Shown here: in pieces, positions 44,688 through 48,475 of the stretch
Position numbering within the stretch: position 1 is the first letter of the stretch
Layout: each line of letters starts with the position of its first letter
Source of the DNA: a virus
Taxonomy: Duplodnaviria; Caudoviricetes
DNA: 48,475 bases
IMG/VR virus record: IMGVR_UViG_3300044724_001621
Coordinates: 1 to 48,475 of that record
Direction: 5' to 3' (one strand)
The notes under the pieces: generated by a model
The model's database searches: none
What the model saw: only the letters and a program-made list of their open reading frames with translations
What the model was told of the DNA's origin: nothing
Translations under genes and position numbers: made by a program

Positions 44688-47600
44688 ATGGCTCAGAGCT
44701 ATACCAGACAAAGTACATTTGCTGACGGAGATACAATTACAGCATCTTTATTTAACAACGAATATAACCAATTATTTAATGCTTTTGCATATTCTTCTAG
44801 CAGTTCTGCTACAACTGGTCACAGACATGATGGTAGCACAGGACAGGGCGGTAATATTCCTCAGATTGGTGATCTAGATTTTAATAACAAAATTGTAGTA
44901 GATGCTACTAATAACAGATGGGGAGTATACGTTGAAGTCAGTGGATCAGCAGTCGAGCAAATTCGTATCCAAGATGGAGCTATTGTTCCTGTCACTGACA
45001 ATGATATTGATCTTGGGACATCCTCACTTGAATTTAAAGATTTGTTCTTGGACGGAACAGCTCATGTCGATACTTTGGATGTCGATGTCAACGCCACGGT
45101 TGCTGGAACTTTAGGAGTTACAGGAGCTACTACACTTTCTAGTGATCTAAGTGTAGGTGGTAATTTAACTGTTACAGGCAGTGCAACGATTGCAGGTAAC
45201 TTAACTTTTGGTGATGCTGCTTCAGATACTGTAGCTTTTAGTGCTGACGTAGCTTCTAACTTACTTCCTAGCTCAGACAACACCTATGACTTAGGTGCAT
45301 CAGGTTCTGAGTGGAAAGATTTATATATTGATGGCACAGCTAATATTGATAGCCTTGTAGCCGACACAGCCGACATTAACGGCGGTACAATTGATGGAGC
45401 AACTATTGCAACATCAGACATTACAGTAGGTTCAGGAAAAACTTTAAATGTTTCAGCGGGTACATTAACTCTTGCAGATAATCAAATTTCTGGTGATAAA
45501 GTTGAAGGCGGGACTATTGCCGCTACTACTATTACTACACTTACATCAACTACAGGTAACATTACATCAGTTAATGCCACTACAGTAGATACTACAAATC
45601 TTGAAGTAACTACTTTAAAGGCTAAAGATGGTACGGCTGCAGGATCTATTGCAGACTCTACGGGTGTTGTAACACTAGCAAGCTCTGTGCTTACTACTAC
45701 AGATATTAATGGTGGAACTATAGACGGTGTTACAATTGGTGGTTCTAGTGCAGGTGACATAACTTACGCTAACTTATCTGATGGTACTATTACTATTACT
45801 GCTTTTGTAGATGAAGATGATATGTCTTCAGACAGTGCTACGCTTGTACCTACTCAGCAATCTGTTAAAGCTTATGTAGATGCTCAAGTTACTGCTCAAG
45901 ACTTTGACTTTAGTGCAGATACTGGCGGGTCTTTAAGCATTGACTTAGATAGCGAGGCTATGACTTTTACAGGCGGTACAGGTATTGATACGTCTGGGTC
46001 AGGCAACGCAGTTACTTTTGCTATTGATAGTACTGTTACAACTCTTACAGGCTCTCAGACTCTCACTAATAAAGTACTTACTTCTCCTGATATCAACACT
46101 CCTGATATTGACGGAGGTACTATTGATGGTACTGTAATAGGCGGTTCAAGTGCTGCAGCTATTACAGGTACGGTTATTACAGGTTCTAGCTTAGATATTT
46201 CAGGCGATGCAGATATTGATGGTACTTTAGAAGCTGACGCAATTACTGTAAATGGCACGGCTTTAGGTGAAGTTATTGCCGACACTGTAGGAGCTATGGT
46301 TAGCTCTAATACAGAAACTAATATTACTGTTACTTACGAAGACTCTAATAATACATTAGACTTTGTAATTGGTACTTTAAACCAAGATACTACAGGTAAT
46401 GCAGCAACTGCTACAGCTTTAGAAACTGCCAGAACTATTGGCGGTACAAGTTTTGATGGTACAGCAAACATAGCCGTAGCTTTATCAGACACTACTACAG
46501 CTCTTGCAACTGCTAGAACTATTGGCGGCGTAAGCTTTGATGGTACTGCTGATATTACTCCTACAACTTTTACAACTGCTACATTCTCTGGAGACGTTAA
46601 TGTAGATAGCGGTGTTTTGTTTGTAGACGTAAGTGAAAATAAAGTAGGTATTAATCAAGCTTCTCCTGATGTATCTTTAGACTTAGGCTCTAATACAGAT
46701 GCTGTACATGTTCCTGTAGGTACTACAGCTCAAAGACCCGGAAGTGCAGCAGCAGGTTACTTTAGATATAACACTTCTTTATCACAGTTTGAAGGTTATA
46801 CAGATTCTTGGGGTGCTATCGGTGGTGGGGGTACTAACACCTTTACTCATGATGTATTTACTTGTGATGGCTCTACTACTGCTTTTACTTTAAGCCAATC
46901 TACAGAATCAGAAAACAATCTTATTGTGTTTGTTGATGGTGTCTTCCAAGAACAGAGTGCTTATAGTATTGCAACCTCTGGTGGTGTAACAACACTGACA
47001 ATGAGTGCAGCACCTGCTAACGGTCGTAAGCTTGTAGTCTACACTGTAGCTGCTGGTGTCTCTGGTTCTAACTTAAACATTGATACTATGACAGGCGATG
47101 GTAGCGATACTACTCTTACGCTTTCTATTAATCCTGTTAACGAAAATAATACACAAGTATTTATTGATGGTGTATATCAGAGCAAAGCTAACTACAGCAT
47201 CTCTGGAACTACTTTAACATTCTCTACAGCTCCTCCAACTGGCAGCTCTGTAGAAGTAATGACAATGACTCAGACAGACATTAATGTCCCTGTAGATGGA
47301 ACTATTACGTCTGCTAAGTTGTCTGGTGATCTTGTAACTCCCGGTGCTTTAGACGTTACCGGCACAGTGACTGCTGACGGTTTGACTGTTGATGGTAATG
47401 CAACATTCACCACAGCCGATAACACTGCACAGGTGGCTCTTGTTTCTACGGATGCAGATGCCTCTGACGGCCCAATTCTTGAAATGTTTAGAAATTCTTC
47501 TAGTCCGGCAGATGATGACGACTTAGGAATCATTAAGTTTTTCGGAGAAAACGATGCCAGTGAAAAAATAGAATACGGGATTATTGAGGTAAAAGCAGTT

Positions 47601-48475
47601 GATGTTTCTGACGGAACAGAAGACGGCTCTATAAATATCACAGCAATGTTGAATGGAACCGCAAGGTCAAGATTGTTTTCCAACTCTACAGAAACAGTCT
47701 TTAACGAAGGGAGTCAAGACTTAGACTTCCGCGTTGAGTCTGATAACAATAGCCATGCTCTGTTTGTTCAAGGTTCTGACGGCAACGTCGGTATTGGTAC
47801 GACGAGTCCAAGCAGTACGCTTCACCTAAGTGCTTCAGCCCCAATTATTACATTGACAGATTCTGATACTGGAGCAGTAAGCAGCATCAGTGCTTCTTCT
47901 GGTGAAGGTTCTTTATTTATTGACGCTGATTCTGGCAACGCTGTTAGTAACACAAGCATGCGGTTTAGGACAGACGGCACAGAACGCATGCGCCTTGATG
48001 CAAGCGGTAACTTGCTGGTGGGACAGACGACTGCTAGTAGCAACACTGTAGGCACAAGCCTTCGTTCTGATGGTCGTAACTTCTACTGTGCTGATGGAAA
48101 TTATTCTGGTCACTTTAATCGTAAATCAAGCGACGGAGCCATTGTCCACTTCGCTAAAGATGACACTATTGGAGGTAGTATTTCTGCTAAAGACGGAGAT
48201 ATTGCTATTGGTACAGGTGATACTGGATTTAGATTTATTGATGGGTCAGACGCAATTAGTCCACATAACATTTCTACCAATGCAGGAAGAGATGCGGCGA
48301 TAGATTTAGGTACTTCTGGCGGGCGCTTCAAAGACCTCTACCTGTCAGGCAAGGTGCATCTTCAGTATCCCGGCAACAGTTACTATGGAAGAGTTGAAAT
48401 AGACTCAAGCACTAATTTGATATTTGGTGCAGGGCCAAACGGCTCTGAAGGTTTTAGGCTTGATAGCTCTGGCAA
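44688..48475 (+). CDS. Tail fibre N-terminal part (3'-truncated; not in ORF track)
   Basis: AGGAG RBS, ATG at 44688 (MAQSYTRQS...GHRHDG); reads open to window end; GGTIDG repeats, ATAL.TARTIGG.SFDGTA x2, V.VDGV.Q domains x2, ERMR.D.SGN modules. Confidence 0.9.
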   Translation, partial: MAQSYTRQSTFADGDTITASLFNNEYNQLFNAFAYSSSSSATTGHRHDGSTGQGGNIPQIGDLDFNNKIVVDATNNRWGVYVEVSGSAVEQIRIQDGAIVPVTDNDIDLGTSSLEFKDLFLDGTAHVDTLDVDVNATVAGTLGVTGATTLSSDLSVGGNLTVTGSATIAGNLTFGDAASDTVAFSADVASNLLPSSDNTYDLGASGSEWKDLYIDGTANIDSLVADTADINGGTIDGATIATSDITVGSGKTLNVSAGTLTLADNQISGDKVEGGTIAATTITTLTSTTGNITSVNATTVDTTNLEVTTLKAKDGTAAGSIADSTGVVTLASSVLTTTDINGGTIDGVTIGGSSAGDITYANLSDGTITITAFVDEDDMSSDSATLVPTQQSVKAYVDAQVTAQDFDFSADTGGSLSIDLDSEAMTFTGGTGIDTSGSGNAVTFAIDSTVTTLTGSQTLTNKVLTSPDINTPDIDGGTIDGTVIGGSSAAAITGTVITGSSLDISGDADIDGTLEADAITVNGTALGEVIADTVGAMVSSNTETNITVTYEDSNNTLDFVIGTLNQDTTGNAATATALETARTIGGTSFDGTANIAVALSDTTTALATARTIGGVSFDGTADITPTTFTTATFSGDVNVDSGVLFVDVSENKVGINQASPDVSLDLGSNTDAVHVPVGTTAQRPGSAAAGYFRYNTSLSQFEGYTDSWGAIGGGGTNTFTHDVFTCDGSTTAFTLSQSTESENNLIVFVDGVFQEQSAYSIATSGGVTTLTMSAAPANGRKLVVYTVAAGVSGSNLNIDTMTGDGSDTTLTLSINPVNENNTQVFIDGVYQSKANYSISGTTLTFSTAPPTGSSVEVMTMTQTDINVPVDGTITSAKLSGDLVTPGALDVTGTVTADGLTVDGNATFTTADNTAQVALVSTDADASDGPILEMFRNSSSPADDDDLGIIKFFGENDASEKIEYGIIEVKAVDVSDGTEDGSINITAMLNGTARSRLFSNSTETVFNEGSQDLDFRVESDNNSHALFVQGSDGNVGIGTTSPSSTLHLSASAPIITLTDSDTGAVSSISASSGEGSLFIDADSGNAVSNTSMRFRTDGTERMRLDASGNLLVGQTTASSNTVGTSLRSDGRNFYCADGNYSGHFNRKSSDGAIVHFAKDDTIGGSISAKDGDIAIGTGDTGFRFIDGSDAISPHNISTNAGRDAAIDLGTSGGRFKDLYLSGKVHLQYPGNSYYGRVEIDSSTNLIFGAGPNGSEGFRLDSSG

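Noticed and set aside
2389-48331. Numerous 60-137 aa antisense or off-frame ORFs inside long genes
   Set aside because: Shadow ORFs without RBS or protein-like motifs; only 38621-38857 was retained

Overview
The window is an almost complete, circularly permuted genome of an AT-rich lytic podovirus. The structural arm resembles marine HMO-2011-like podoviruses (recognition from memory); the replication arm is T7/SIO1-like. Two arms diverge from a non-coding control/terminus region at about 33660-34270 and meet with zero gap at 19621/19622. The minus arm carries small early genes, DUF932, SSB, primase-helicase, ThyX, DNA polymerase A, three nucleases, DUF3310 and class II RNR. The plus arm carries terminase, portal, scaffold, capsid, tail tube, a tail fibre split across the window ends, large internal/ejection proteins, M15 endolysin, holins and small basic proteins. 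I saw no RNA polymerase, integrase, tRNA or CRISPR. Best leads: (1) the 2079-aa internal virion protein contains an ungapped 39-aa copy (20 identities) of the phage's own DNA polymerase thumb insertion, inside a C-terminal payload (ART-like and HExxH domains) bracketed by an R-x5-GG motif shared by several virion proteins; (2) three covarying 27-nt H-type pseudoknots sit 9-10 nt after early-gene stop codons; (3) a 153-nt hairpin over the first early promoter folds preferentially on the template strand (Frpo-like); (4) a triple GGCTACC...GCCCC hairpin surrounds the scaffold start; (5) a 176-nt dual-coding overlap lies at the portal end. All product calls come from motif recognition by eye; no searches were run.
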